A stretch of DNA of 49,485 bases from Guillardia theta CCMP2712 (GCF_000315625.1 NW_005434655.1:435090-484574), one strand, 5' to 3'. Counted from the first letter of the stretch, positions 37,188 through 49,485 are shown. Numbers and translations: made by a program. Notes: generated by a model from the letters alone, not told the origin.

Positions 37188-40100
37188 TCATGATGAAGCG
37201 AATTTCGTTTTGACCCATTCCTGGCAATCCTCCTTCTTTGCCTCCATCGGTCTTGCGAACAGTCAGTACATATCAGAGGATACCTAACTTACTTGAGCTG
37301 CGACAGCTGCCAGTCAAGAACTTCCCTGGAAATGGTGCCGATTCTGATTCCGTCCTCCTGTGGAAGGTCAGCAGAGCAACTCCAACCTTGGATCACTCGC
37401 CTTGTTCTTCTTGTCCAGACCGAGGATCTGCACAATTTGTGAGATTGAATGAGAGAAAGCGAGAAAGAGTGAGAAGATGGTTGGTAGGGAGAGGGAGACG
37501 GAGAGAGGGAGAGGGAGAGGGGGAGGGAGGGAGGTAAGATGGTTGGTAAAGAAAGGGAGAGAAGATGGTTGGGATCTGCGAGGAAGGAGGAAGGGAGGAG
37601 GGAGACAGGATGAATGCGGGTCAAGTCTCGCCTGGCAGATGTCGTTGCCGGTTAGCAGGGGCTTGATCTCCCAGCACTTGTCCAAGGCCTGCAGGAGCTT
37701 CAGAAGATGTGACCTCTCCTCCACCTCCCAACCCCCAGCCCCAACTCCGTCGTTTCTTCCTCTTCGCTCACCCAGCTGTTCATCATTTCTCGCTCAAGAG
37801 CGTGCAAATCTTCCATGCTCAATGTCTCCGAGAGCTCCCCAGCAGCAAGAACCAGCGCAAGTCGCCATTGCTCTCCTCCTCTCCTCAGGCACCTGCAAGA
37901 GCCATCAAACGTCTAGCCGCATCCCCGTTGCTCCTCACTTGGCTGCTCGCAGCTTTAGCTCGACGTCCTCACGATGCGCCGGCAGGGACGCGGCGACCTG
38001 GCGCAGCTCCTCCGAGCAGTCGAGGAGGACGGAGACTTCCTGCAGCCCCTTCACCCTCCTCCGCAGCTCCTCTAGCTCCCACCTGCACGTCTTTGATGGT
38101 TCCCTTGAGAGCCACACGGATCACGTGCTCGATGAGCGGCAGCGGCTTCTTCCCTCCCTCCACTGAAAGCGACCGCAACCTGCTCCTCCCGTGAACGTGG
38201 CTGAGGGGCATGCGAGTCACAATCTTACGGCGTGAGGGCAGCAGCAAGAAAGACAAGGCGGCGCCATTCGGGTGAGAGCGACTACGAGGAGGAGGTGAGT
38301 CGCGGGACGGACAGGAGCGCGAGGTTCACGTGGAGGGCGACTAGCTGCTGCTGTACATCCTCCTTCCTGAGCATCTGACTCAATGTCTGATGGTCGAGCG
38401 ACGAGATCTGAGAGGAAGTCATAGAAACCCAAGGGCAAGAAGGGGGAGAGGAAGGGGAAGGGGGGAAGGGGAAGAGGAGGAGGATGAGGGAGAGGGATGA
38501 CAGAGGCAGGAGCGAAATGCGCGACCTTTCTCACGACTGCCATGGCCTTTGAGGTCCAACTGGGGTCCAGCTGATCTTCTGTAGAAGCCTCAAGGATGGG
38601 AATGAACGTCTTTCCTCCACCACCACCACTCTCCCTCTCTTCGTTCTGACTTCCTCTGCCTGTCTCTACTTCCTCTAGCCTCCTCCCTCACTCCCTCTTC
38701 CTACCTTTGATCGTTTCAGGAACAGAAAAAATGACCCTGCACGTACGAGAGTCAAGGCAAGGAGTGGAGAAAAGGCAAGGCAGGGTTCGGTGAAGGAGGC
38801 AGGAGGAGGCAGAGGAGGCAGTTGGGAGAATGGGAGGGAAGTCAGTGAAATTTCCCCTACCCAAACATCCCACATGAGTGCAAGAGTTCCAAGGATCGCC
38901 GAGGGTTCTGTGCTGGAGCATGAGGTGGAGATAAGGAGAGGGAGACAGCACCGGCCCCGTTAACATCCCGTTCAGCTCCGTGTACACGCGTTCCTTGCTG
39001 ACCTGATTGAGTGGATAAGAATATGAGAAGTTGGGAAGGGTAGGTAGGGAAAAGAGGAGGCAGGAAGGAGGAGGGGGGAAGGGGAGGGAGGGAAGTCATA
39101 ATGAAGGGAAACAACAGAAACTATTGGAGCAAGAGTCAAACCTTGGAAGAAAGCGCCTGCCTCACCTGCACCAGCAAAGCATCAGCTAGGTCACAGCTGG
39201 GCATTTCCTGCACTGACCTCGCCCATCGAGAGCGTATCTTCCAGCTCCTTGTCCAGCTGGAAGTCAAACCGACAACTGCGAGGAGTCATGACACGCGAGC
39301 AAGGTATGGGAGAAGTACGCGAATCGGATGGCGCGGAGGGCTCGGAGCGGATCGTCGGTCATGGTCTGTCAGGAGTGAGTGAGGGGAAGGGAGGAGTCGA
39401 GAGCTTCCGGGACCTGCAGAGGAGGGAGAGGAGTTCGGATAATCCTATCGTTCAAGTCCTTCATGCCTTGAAGTGGGCAGTCAGCGCAAGAGATCTGCGG
39501 AGGGAAGAGGAAGGAGCAGACGAGAGGACGGGAGGGAAGGATCAAGGAAGGATAAGAGGAGGAGAAAGTAGCACAGACCTGAACCTGTATGATCCTCTAC
39601 TGTCCTGGATCCAACGTGTGAGGCAAGAAGAAGTGTCCCCTGACTGACCTCTCGTTGATGTTGTAGAAGAGAGCGTTGATCGTCAGGTCTCGCCGCATCG
39701 CCTGCATACACTTCACTCGTTGCCGGAGGGCAGGGACGCTAAGGTTGACCCACGTCCTCAACAGCCGTCCCGATCCTCATCGTCGGGATCCGTGTATCCG
39801 TATACTCCTTCTCCATGTCAGTCCGCCGACTCGCTCCTGNNNNNNNNNNNNNNNNNNNNNNNNNNNNNNNNNNNNNNNNNNNNNNNNNNNNNNNNNNNNN
39901 NNNNNNNNNNNNNNNNNNNNNNNNNNNNNNNNNNNNNNNCCCCCCCTCCCCTCCCATCTCCCCCACCTCCCACCTCACCTTCAGCGTCGCTGTCTCGAGA
40001 TGTTTCGACTGCTCGGGGTTGCTCTTGATCACTCCGATGCTTCCCACCTGCTCCTCCTTCAGCCTACTCAAGCACATTGGGGCCTGGTACCTCCCCCTTG

Positions 40101-40804
40101 CGCCCCTGCGCCTGCATGTACTCCACCACACTCTCGCTGGCATCAGCGTCACCAGTGGGAGAGTAGCCCACAGCAAACATACGCAAAAGACTTTCCCATC
40201 CTATCATTGATCGCAATGTCGATGTCATGTGCCGTCTTCCCCTGTTCGCAATCAGAACGTCTCGGTGAACTTGTCCGTGTACAACCATGATCTTGTCCCG
40301 CACCCAGCCTCCTGCTACTCGAAGAATGCATGGCATCTTATAGAAGAGAATCACCTGACCGGAAACTATGTCAGGAGGAGGAGAAGAAGAGGCGCAGATG
40401 CTCCCAGACATTCATGAGCAGGCCGAAAAGATCGTCCTCCTCCTTAGACAGCTTGATCTCGACGTTTGGCACGATGCCTGCATGTCAATCACCCCATCAT
40501 CTCTCAGCCCTCGAGCACCTCTAGTCTTCCATCATGTCCATAAATGTACGCAAAAACTCCCTTTCTCTGATATTGTCTGATCCTCCGCCCATTTTCCAGC
40601 CCCCATCTCCCGCTCCCCCCCCGTCCCTCCCCTCCAATCTCTGGCTCTGTCCCTCAGTCTCTATCCCTCTTCCACCAGGAGCCTCGGTCGCCCTTCTCCT
40701 ACTTCTCCCTCTCCCTCTCGTTCCTTCGCTCTCTCCCTTCTCCTCGCCCCACCGCTCCACCCCTCTCGCTTACAAGAATCTGCCATGTCGAGCCTTCGCT
40801 TCAT
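37188..40804 (-). CDS. cca1: CCA-adding tRNA nucleotidyltransferase (class II); multi-exon, spans a gap; start uncertain
   Basis: LRVAGGWVRDK, DIDIA, IKSNPEQSKHLETA, RIPTMRIGTAVEDAMRRDLTINALFYN, DDPLRALRAIRF, VSKERVYTEL, KPLLTGNDI, IG...VLDWQL. Confidence 0.94.
39840..39939. other. Assembly gap (100 N); likely hides the DFVNLR-type exon of the CCA enzyme
   Basis: Run of n between the LETATLK and EYTDTRIP exons. Confidence 0.95.
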
Positions 40805-42039
40805 GCCCTTTCCGTTACAACATGCAATTTTCAGTTACAATGATTCACACGCCTGACCCGCCTCGGAGTCAGCACTTCGTAAAAGTTGTTTTATCATCAG
40901 TATCCCGGTCCGTCACTGCGATGACTCAGTCGGTCGGAGCGGCCCGGTGACCGTCTCGGTACTTCTCCCGCAGGCTTGGACAACCGACGAGACAGTTCGC
41001 ACGAATGCCCCATGATACTGATCCGCGCCGGATGCTGAGAGTGGACAGCAAGCATGTATTGAATTATACATCACTCCATCTCTGATGAGCCAGCAAGAAG
41101 AGCGCTAAATGCGTTGGAACAAGACTCAACACACTTTAATAGAAGGGGTGGGCAACAAGCCAGGCATGTCCGTCATCGGGGTGCATGCCATCGAAGCGGT
41201 TGTATTCCTCGTCAGAGGCAGCCGGGGCGCATCCGAACATTCCAGCAATGGCGCAAGGAGCACCTGGCAGAGAGCATGACCATCAGAACACTTCAAGATT
41301 GCATGGAGCTTCAACAAGAAAGCGGAAAATCACTCACCGACGGCAAACCCTCCAGGCGCAGTGTCGCCAGCGTGGTGACCAGCGATGTACTCCTCAACGG
41401 AGGTCAACTGCAAGTTCACATGTAAGCAAAGAATAATACATGAACTGATTCCAACTCTAACACGATGCTCACACCGATACTTGACTCTACCCATGCACGT
41501 CACTTACTCCCTAACTCCACGAAGGCATTCTAATGTTCCGAATATGCCATATACTTCGTAGCTGTGAACAAAAGTTCGTTTCTGTAATATTCAATTGCAA
41601 CGTTGCAATCTATATGTTTGAACGCTCTCTGCCTGTCGTATTGTATATAACCAACCCTTGCTGGCCCCTCCTGATAACCTCCTGATACGTTCAATACCTC
41701 CCATGCATTGCCATGGACTCTATCTCACAACTGCATCGAACTCTTGAGAAATCTTGTTTCAATTCAATTTTGAATAAACGTATCATCTCCTGGATGATCT
41801 ATCTACCCTCCACCTAGCTTTCCAGGTCGGATGATCGCCGCAGGTAATATCATCGCAACTCATCGACCTTCCAATCCTATGGTGAATGTTCAATTCATCT
41901 CTTCTTGACCTACCATTCTTCCACCATCATCGCTTCCTTCGCTTCCCATCCTTCCTATCCCCTGCCATATACTCTTCTTACCATAGGAGCGCGGCGAGGG
42001 AGGACGATTCTAGCCAACATGGCGACGAAGGGACGAGTC

Positions 42040-42770
42040 GAAGAGGCAGGTACCCACCCTGACCTCCTCAAATTCCCCTTGTTGTACCCCCTTCACATAC
42101 CACCCCCCACCTATTACTACTCATATGAGACGCACCCCTGTCAAGAGTACCCCCACCAGGTTCATATCAGTATAAAGCACCCCTTCTTATTCTGATACCC
42201 CTACCCTCAACATCAATAGGGAAACAGCCCCTTCTCGTGATGAAAAAATTGCATGGCCCTCATTCAGCACATCTTTGCTGCTGCACCAGCAGGCTCACCA
42301 ATTGGGAGGTCAACAAGGGGGGTAGGTGGTATCGATAGGTAGGGTGGGGGGTACGTACACGAGAAGGGGTGGTCGAGTTGCAGACTTTTTGGCGAAGGAA
42401 ATACCAGGGGTAGTGAACATCGGAGGAGTAGAAAAGTGGGGTCATAGCGATCAGAATAATTTTCATGGGTGGGTAGTTGGATCAAAATGGGGGGTGGTAT
42501 CTGTAAAATCAGTGGGTGGGGAGGGAGCAAAGTTTTATGATTGTTGCAGGGGTAGGTACGTACGACAGGGTGGGGTAGAACTTGAGGTGTTGGTAGGGTC
42601 CATTTCGTAGCGGGAAGGTATGTACACCAGGTAGGGGTGGTACGATAGGTCCTATCGGGAAGGGGTTCTTGACCGAGGAAGAAAGGGTGAGGTCCAGGAT
42701 AGGGTAGGGTCATGGCATTCATGGCAGAGATGACAAGAGGGGTGGGGTGGGGTGGTGGTATTGCTAATCG
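42040..42770. promoter_or_regulatory. Polarised TACCCC/CACCCC then GGGGTA/GGGGTG motif field upstream of PEPC
   Basis: C-run motifs on + at about 42050-42235 switch to G-run motifs at about 42305-42765. Function is inferred. Confidence 0.45.
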
Positions 42771-42983
42771 CAGGGAGCAGGAAGCGGCCGCCGAGGAAGC
42801 GAGCGAGGGAGAGGAGTAGGAAGAGAGGAAAGAGACGAGGAGAGGAGAGTTGTGAAGAGACTCTTCCAGGAACAAAGACGAGCTCATCTGCACAAGACTG
42901 AGAGCCCAGGGCTTCAAGGTCTTGCAAGCTTCCTGTCTTTGTAACCAGCGCCTCTGCTTGCAACCGGTCCTTTCCTGTGCACA

Positions 42984-45900
42984 ATGCCGCTCGGACTTCA
43001 ACATGGAAGAGCGAATTCGTTCGCAGACAAGGACTACCTAATCTTGTCCTCTGACGTCAAGTTCTTGCGCACACTGTTCTTTCAGGCGTTGCGGGCTGAA
43101 GAGGCAGACGAGACAGTGTACAGGAAGGCGAACAAGGAGCTGAAGGATAACCTGGAGGGCATCCCCGGAATCCCACAGAGCGTGAAGGAGCTCTTCCAGA
43201 TCAGTCTCATGTACGAGCAAGATCCGACAGAGAAGAACTTCAAGGCGATGCATCAGAAAGTTCTGCACATGAGTGCTGCGGACATAAAGATTGCTGGCCG
43301 ACTGTTCCTGGAGATGTTGCAGCATGCCAATCTTGTTGAGAGGAATCATCGAGTGCGCAGGTAGAGTCTGAATTATGAGTGGTATGTTTGATCTAAACTT
43401 TGATGTAAGGTGGAGAGAGTACAAGCGTGGCGACAAGACTGTGAAATCCTCCTCTTCCCAGACTTTGCAGGATTGCTTCAAGGAGCTCATGGAGAAAGGC
43501 TTCACTCCTGAACAGATCAGAGAGTCTCTGCTTCGACAGAACACAGAACTTGTGTTCACAGCCCATCCCACTCAGGCTGCTCGAAGAAGTGTCTTGACCA
43601 AGCATGCAACGATTTCTCAACTTCTTGAGCTCCATGACCGCAGGTAAAACCCCTTAGCAATGCAGTGTTTCAATGATAGGAATCTTCTTGATCTATTCTC
43701 TTGTGAATTTCCTTCCTACTTGTTCCAAATCAAAAATCTTGATGGCTTACCATGCTTGCAGCGGGCCAAATGGAACCTCGAAGCTCACGCCGCTCCAGAG
43801 GTCTGAGATTCTTGCTGCGTTGCAAGAGTCGTTGCTGGGTATCTGGCGAACCAATCCAGTCAGGAGGCATAAGCCAACTCCTGAAGATGAGGCTAGGTAT
43901 TGACACACGACTCTGACTTCACATCGAAGCTCTTGACTTGAATGTATCAGTATGGTCTTTCAGTTGTGGAAGAATCCTTGTGGGAGGCTCTTCCCGACCA
44001 TTACCATGCAGTCGATTATGCATTGAAGAAGATCGGATGCGAACCACTTCCTATTGACTGTTGCCTCTTGACGCTGGGGTCCTGGATGGGAGGAGATCGT
44101 GATGGAAATCCGTACGTCACAGCGGTTCTCACCAAGAGAGTCGTTTTCCTCTCCCAGGTTTCGAAGTTGATAAGTTGTTTTAAGGCTCTCTAACGTTGAC
44201 CTCCAGTGGAGAGCAGCGCACTTGTATTGGACTGAGGTTGATCAACTGTTGTGGGATTTGTCTGTCGCTGGTCCTGGAAACAAGGAGATTCAAGAAGAGG
44301 TGCGGCCTGTTGTCGTCAAATCATTTCATGTCATTCTGACGTCAAGTTTGTGCTCAGATTGCTAGGATTAATGGTATCAAGTCAAGCAACGCCAAGGGAA
44401 CACTCAAAAAGAATCATTCCCTTACCTCCGTGCACAACCTACTGGCCCCTTTTGATTTCTATCGCCCTCAGCTTGAGACCGAGGAAAACTACAGACAGGT
44501 TCTCACCCACATTCGTGCCCGTCTTGCCGCCACGGTCCGTCGCGCTACAGCTCTCTCACAGGAGCAGCCTTTCAAGCCTGATCCAATCAATCATCACTAC
44601 AGCTCAACTTCTGAGCTTGCCACGGATCTTCTCCGTATCTATCGGTCCCTTCACGAATGTGGTGATGGAATCTTGGCAGAGGGACGCTTGAAGGAGCTTC
44701 TTTGGCGTGTCCACACTTTTGGATTGTCACTCACTCGCCTGGACATTCGCCAGGAAAGCACAAGGCACGCTGACGCTCTGGATGAAGTCACAAGCTACCT
44801 TGGGTTGGGTTCATACAGAACCTGGAGCGAGGAGACGAAAATTCAGTGGTTGACCAACGAGTTGCACTCAAAGCGCCCATTGATTCCTCCTGACCTCCCT
44901 TGCTCAGCTCCCGTCAAGGAAGTCATCGATACCTTTAAGATGATAGCAGAGATTGGCTCTGAACCTTTCGGCGCTTATGTGATATCTATGACTACGTCTG
45001 CTAGTGACGTTTTGGCTGTTCGATTGCTTCAAAAGGAAGCTGGCATCCAGCAACATCTCAGAGTGGTTCCGTTGTTTGAGACCAAGTTGGATCTGGAGAA
45101 TGCTCCTGCGTGCATGGAGCTGCTGTTCAAGAACAGCTGGTATCAGGCCAACCTCTCCAGCCCACCACAGGTCCCCAACATCGGGTGGCAGCCGCATCAG
45201 GAGGTGATGTTGGGATATTCCGACTCCGCCAAGGATGCTGGTCGTCTGGCATCTGTGTGGGGGCTGCATAAGGCGCAGGAAGCTCTGGTGGAGCTCAGCC
45301 ACAAGTACAAGATCAAGCTGAATCTCTTCCATGGTAGAGGAGGGTCAGTGGGGAGAGGAGGTGGTCCGCAATACTTGGCCACCTTGTCACAGCCGGCTGG
45401 ATCTGTTCAAGGCTGGATGCGTGTCACTGTGCAGGGAGAGGTTATTGACCACTACTTTGGTCTTCCATCAATCGCTTCTCACACCATGGAGAGATACACT
45501 ACTTCGGTGCTTACTGCAACCCTCACCCCTCCTAAGGCTCCTTCAGATGACTTCCGTGAGATCATGCAGCGGCTGTCCGAGACGAGTTGCAACAAGTACA
45601 GGTCTCTCGTGTTTGAAGACCCGGAGTTCATCGAGTACTTCCGTACGGCGACACCGGACTTCGAGCTCAAGGGCCTCAACCTGGGATCTCGACCGTCCAA
45701 ACGCAAGCAGGGAGGAATAGAGTCGCTCCGAGCGATCCCGTGGATGTTTGCATGGACTCAGACTAGGCTGCAGCTGCCGGTTTGGTTGGGAGTTGGAACG
45801 GCTCTGAAAGCCGAGATTGACAACGGGAACCTCAAAACTCTTCAAGATATGTATAACGACTGGCCCTTTTTCCGCTCCACGGTCGAGCTGGTGAGGGTTG

Positions 45901-46433
45901 AGGTGATGGTGAACTGTTGTGATGCATGCTTTTCAGCTTGAGATGGTGTTGGCAAAGACTAGCAAGACCATTGCTGATTACTACGAGTCGCTGCTGGTTC
46001 CCGAAGATCTCCAGGTGAATCTCCGATGTCGGTTGCGCCTCCTGACCGTCGGTACCAGAGCGTGAGCTCCAAAGTGTGGGAAGAGTTCGAGAATACGATG
46101 AAGAGCATCCTTCAAGTGATCCGGCACGAGCACATGCTCGAGGGCGACAGCTCCTTGAGCAGCAGGCTTGCCATCGCCACCCGCGTCCCTCTCGTCGACC
46201 CCATCAACGTCCTGCAGGTCCGACCATCTGCTGGCAGTGCTTAGCATCGTCCCTGACTCTCCAACAGGCGAACGCGCTGGTGAGGATGAGGGCGGACGAA
46301 AACCAGCCGGACATTCACGTGCTGCGCGATGCCTTTGCGATCACCGTTCAGGTGCGGGCTAGGACGGCCGTGCCCTCCTATCACTGATGATGACCTGCAG
46401 GGAGTTGCGGCAGGAATGGGATGGACAGGATGA
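42984..46433 (+). CDS. ppc: Phosphoenolpyruvate carboxylase, multi-exon, no evident targeting peptide
   Basis: LVFTAHPTQ, KPTPEDEAR, GSWMGGDRDGNPYVT, LDIRQES, YVISM, VVPLFET, QEVMLGYSDSAKDAG, FHGRGGSVGRGGGP, SLRAIPWMFAWTQTR, final exon GVAAGMGWTG*. Confidence 0.98.
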
Positions 46434-47009
46434 GGGAGATGCTGTTGGGTTTCTGATCCCTCTGACTCCCCTTGGTCTGTAATGAAGACGTACCCACATA
46501 CAATCTCTTTCTTCGGCTCCTTCTCTTGGCTCCTTGCTATCGTCTTCTCTCGTCCTCTCCTCTCTCTCCTCTCTCTCCTCTCCTCTGTCGTCTCGTCTAA
46601 TCTCGTCGCTGAAGGCTGCCAGCCAAGTTTCCTCACTTTTCACTATCGCATCTCTTTTGGGTTGTCTTTCAAGGGGTAGTGGTCTGTAAAAAGAGGGGGT
46701 GGGGTCCCTTATATAACAGCAGATGATGAAGCCAAGTTGATACGAGGAGGAGGAGAGTATGATGGGATGAGGTGGTGGGATGAGAAGCTAGGTTATAGCG
46801 ATACAAGGTGAGGGGAAGATAAGAACAAATGTTGTTGAAGCTTGATGACAGTTATGCGAGCAGAAGATGAGAAGAGGGAAGTTAAGATGAGGAGCTGAGT
46901 TGTATTGGAACAAAGTTGAGGAGTTGATAAGCGTGAAAACGGCTGTTGCAACAGATCCTCTTTGTGATGTAAGGAGGGGAGGGATGCATGGAGGGGAGGA
47001 GGTATGCAT

Positions 47010-47145
47010 GGAGGGAGGCGGGAGGGAGGCAGGGAGGCAGGGAGGGAGGCAGGGAGGGAGACAGGGAGACAGGGAGACAAGGAGACAGGGAGACAGGGAG
47101 ACAGGGAGACAGGGAGACAGGGAGGCAGGGAGACAGGGAGACAGG

Positions 47146-47186
<41 letters not shown>
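47010..47186 (+). repeat. Compound (GGGAGACA)n/(GGCA)n repeat
   Basis: Seen directly. Confidence 0.9.
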
Positions 47187-47260
47187 ATGTGGCTGTATAT
47201 TTCGAGTGTCATCATTTGATTTGTTCTGCACATAGAGGTTGAGCCTATCGTCCTGTTTCG

Positions 47261-48710
47261 ATGGACATTCAGATCTCCTGCTCCTCGTTTTACTTCTCCT
47301 CCTCCCGCTCATGTGCGATCTTGGCCATCGCATGGCTGACTTGTTGTGCCTCCCCCATCACAGCCTTCTCCCTCCCCACCAGCATGAGCCCGTCGGCGCC
47401 TCCTCTCCTGTCCGTGCAGGACTTCAAGAGTGGCCTCCAAGGGCAGAGGGGCCTCGTGCTGGATATCGACGAGACTCTCAGCTGGACTGTTGGGTTCTGG
47501 ATGGAGAGGATGCAGAAGTTGTTCGGCAACCCGGAGAAGCTCTCAGTCAAGGACATGGCGGACAAGTACCACCTGACACAGAACGTGCCCTACTGGCAGA
47601 CTGATGAGGCGCATGCCTGGATGCAGGTGAGAAAACTCCTCCCTCCTCCCTCCTCCCTCCTCCCTCCTCCCTCCTCCCTCCTCCCTCCTCCCTCCTCCCT
47701 CCTCCCTCCCTCCCTCCTCCCTCACCCCTCCCCCCTCCTCCCTCCTGCTTGCTTCCTCCTCCCCACACCCTCCTCGTCTACAACCTTCCTCTCTCTCTCT
47801 CTCTCATCTATCCACATGCTGTTGTCTGAAGTGAATCGCCTTCAGAGCATGCGGGACAAGCCGGAGGCGCAAGAGGAGCTGCCGGTCATTGAGGGGGCGT
47901 TGGAGGGCGTGAAGGCGCTGCAGGAGGATGGAGTTGCACTGCTCGGCTACCTCACTGTCCGCCCGCAGTCTGTCGTCTCCTCCACGAGGAAGTGGCTCCT
48001 GGCCCAGGGATTTCCTGACCTGCCGATTGTTGCCAAACCAGATGATGTAAGGAGAAAAAGAGGAAGAGAGAAAGAGAAGAGAGAGAGAGAAGAGGGGAGG
48101 AGAAGAGGGGAGGATGAGATGAGGGAGAGTCGGAGGGCGAAGGGAGCAGGGGAGAGAAGGGAGTTTTGGGAGAGGGAGGGGTGGAAGGGATGGAGGGTGC
48201 AGCGAAAGGGGAAGGGACAACGTCGTTTATACTCTTGCTTCAGGTTTCTTTTAGCAACGGTAACAAATGGAAGGGAGAAGCTCTTCGATTTCTTTACCCT
48301 GAGGTTGGAAGAGGAAAGGAGGAGGGAAGGAGGAGAGGAGGAGGAGAGAAGAGGAGGTGAGGGAGAGGAGATAGAGAGGAGGAGAAGAAGGGTCCTCTGA
48401 CGTTTCTGCTGCTCCAGGTGTGGGGGATCGTCGACGACAACCCCAAGGTTGAAGGAGGAGGAAGCAGCTGGTAGCATCCCTCACCCTTCCCCTGCAGGTG
48501 CCCTTGGAGGCAGGAAGCAGCTACGAGGGGACCGTCTTCTTGTTTGCACATGACGCTTGCAAGGAAGGATATGAACATGTTAGATCCACTACCTCCCTCC
48601 TCCCCACTTCCCGCGTCTCCTTGCCCGCCCTCTGCTGACTTTCTTCACAGGCGATCCCGTGCAAGACATGGAAGGAGGTAGTGGAGGAAGTGAAGAAGAG
48701 GAGAAAGTAG
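47261..48710 (+). CDS. HAD-superfamily hydrolase (5'(3')-deoxyribonucleotidase-like) with N-terminal signal/bipartite leader; multi-exon
   Basis: Motif I LVLDIDETL, LPVIEGALEGVKAL, motif II YLTVR, TRKWL..GFP, motif III K (NKWK), motif IV IVDDNP, C-terminal CKTWKEV; TAG at 48708-48710. Confidence 0.82.
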
Positions 48711-48759
48711 AAGTCAAGAGAATGTAGCAATAACATCTCCTTCGACTCGCTTCTGCTTT

Positions 48760-49310
48760 TTAACTTGATTGATCTCTCTTGAACCTCAGCAGCTTCGGAT
48801 ATTTCTTTCCCAATGCCTTCTGCAGACATTCGAAGTGATCTGGTCGTTCAGCCAGCAAGAACTGAGCAAATCAAGTTAAAATTACCTTATCCCCTCCTTT
48901 CCTCTTCAATCGATGAACCCCCTGCTCTTCCTCCTCTCCTCTCCCCTCCCCTCCTCTCCTCTCCTCTCCTCTCCTCCCCTCCCTTCCCTTCCACAAACCC
49001 TCTCCTCACCGCGATGACTTTCCCCAGCGCAGCTTTTTCTGAGTTGATGCGCATGTCGCGCATGAAAGCATTCTGCAAAACACCTGAGGAGGAAGCAGGA
49101 GGAAAGAAAAGGGGAAATACGATTTTCTCTTCCGCTTCTGCTACTCGGCTCTCGTCCTCTGCCATCACTTCTACTTCCCCTTCCGATCCGTCAGCAAACA
49201 ACAGAGATGGAACAGAGGAGAGCAGGAAGAAGAGAGCAGTGAGTAGGGATCTAACCTATGCAGTAGGAGAATTGAGGAGGATAGACAACCTGAGGGGAAG
49301 TCACTTACAG
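48760..49310 (-). CDS. 3' exons of an unidentified gene entering from the right edge
   Basis: Exon-like segments bounded by splice signals: FADGSEGEVEVMAEDESRVAEAEEK, VLQNAFMRDMRINSEKAALGKVIA, FLLAERPDHFECLQKALGKKYPKLLRFKRDQSS*. Confidence 0.55.
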
Positions 49311-49313
49311 AAT

Positions 49314-49485
49314 CTCCCTCCCTCCGTCCCTCCGTCCCTCCGTCCCTCCCTCCCTCCCTCCCTCCCTCCCTCCCTCCGTCCCTCCGTCCCTCCGTCCTCC
49401 CTCCTCCCTCCCTCCCTCCCTCCCTCCCTCCCTCCCTCCTCCCTCCCTCCCTCCTTCCCTCCCTCCTCCCTCCTCCCTCCTCCCT
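49314..49485 (+). repeat. (CCTC)n/(CCTCCGTC)n intronic repeat
   Basis: Seen directly. Confidence 0.9.

Noticed and set aside
41350-41430. Sm/LSm-like snippet (VNLQLTSVEEYIAG) on the minus strand
   Set aside because: Flanking Sm1 and Sm2 motif residues are absent; probably chance similarity.
42264-43004. 246-aa minus-strand ORF upstream of PEPC
   Set aside because: Pro/Thr/Tyr-rich translation of the GGGGT motif field; a compositional artefact.

Overview
Gene-dense eukaryotic nuclear DNA with many short (about 45-60 nt) spliceosomal introns, polypurine/polypyrimidine microsatellites and four N-gaps. The style suggests a cryptophyte alga (Guillardia/Hanusia-like), which is inference. Genes read by hand, in order: a single-chain bacterial-type indolepyruvate:ferredoxin oxidoreductase (IOR) with introns and a mitochondrial-type presequence, running off the left edge; triosephosphate isomerase; a PPPDE/DeSI peptidase; a coiled-coil/RING protein interrupted by a gap and a stray CLU/TIF31 fragment; a CSPP1/CCDC66-like coiled-coil protein; an armadillo-repeat protein; a ThrRS-N/uridine-kinase fusion; a receptor-kinase-guanylyl-cyclase; a BAF (barrier-to-autointegration factor) homologue; a CCR4/Angel-like EEP nuclease; a CCA-adding enzyme; PEP carboxylase; a HAD hydrolase; and the 3' end of an unknown gene. 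The most notable items are the eukaryotised IOR, the non-animal BAF, the receptor cyclase with an apparently intact kinase, and a recurring intergenic architecture of CCGG cores, TTTGAAA patches and strand-polarised GGGGTA/GGGGTG fields. Exon boundaries were inferred manually and no database searches were run.
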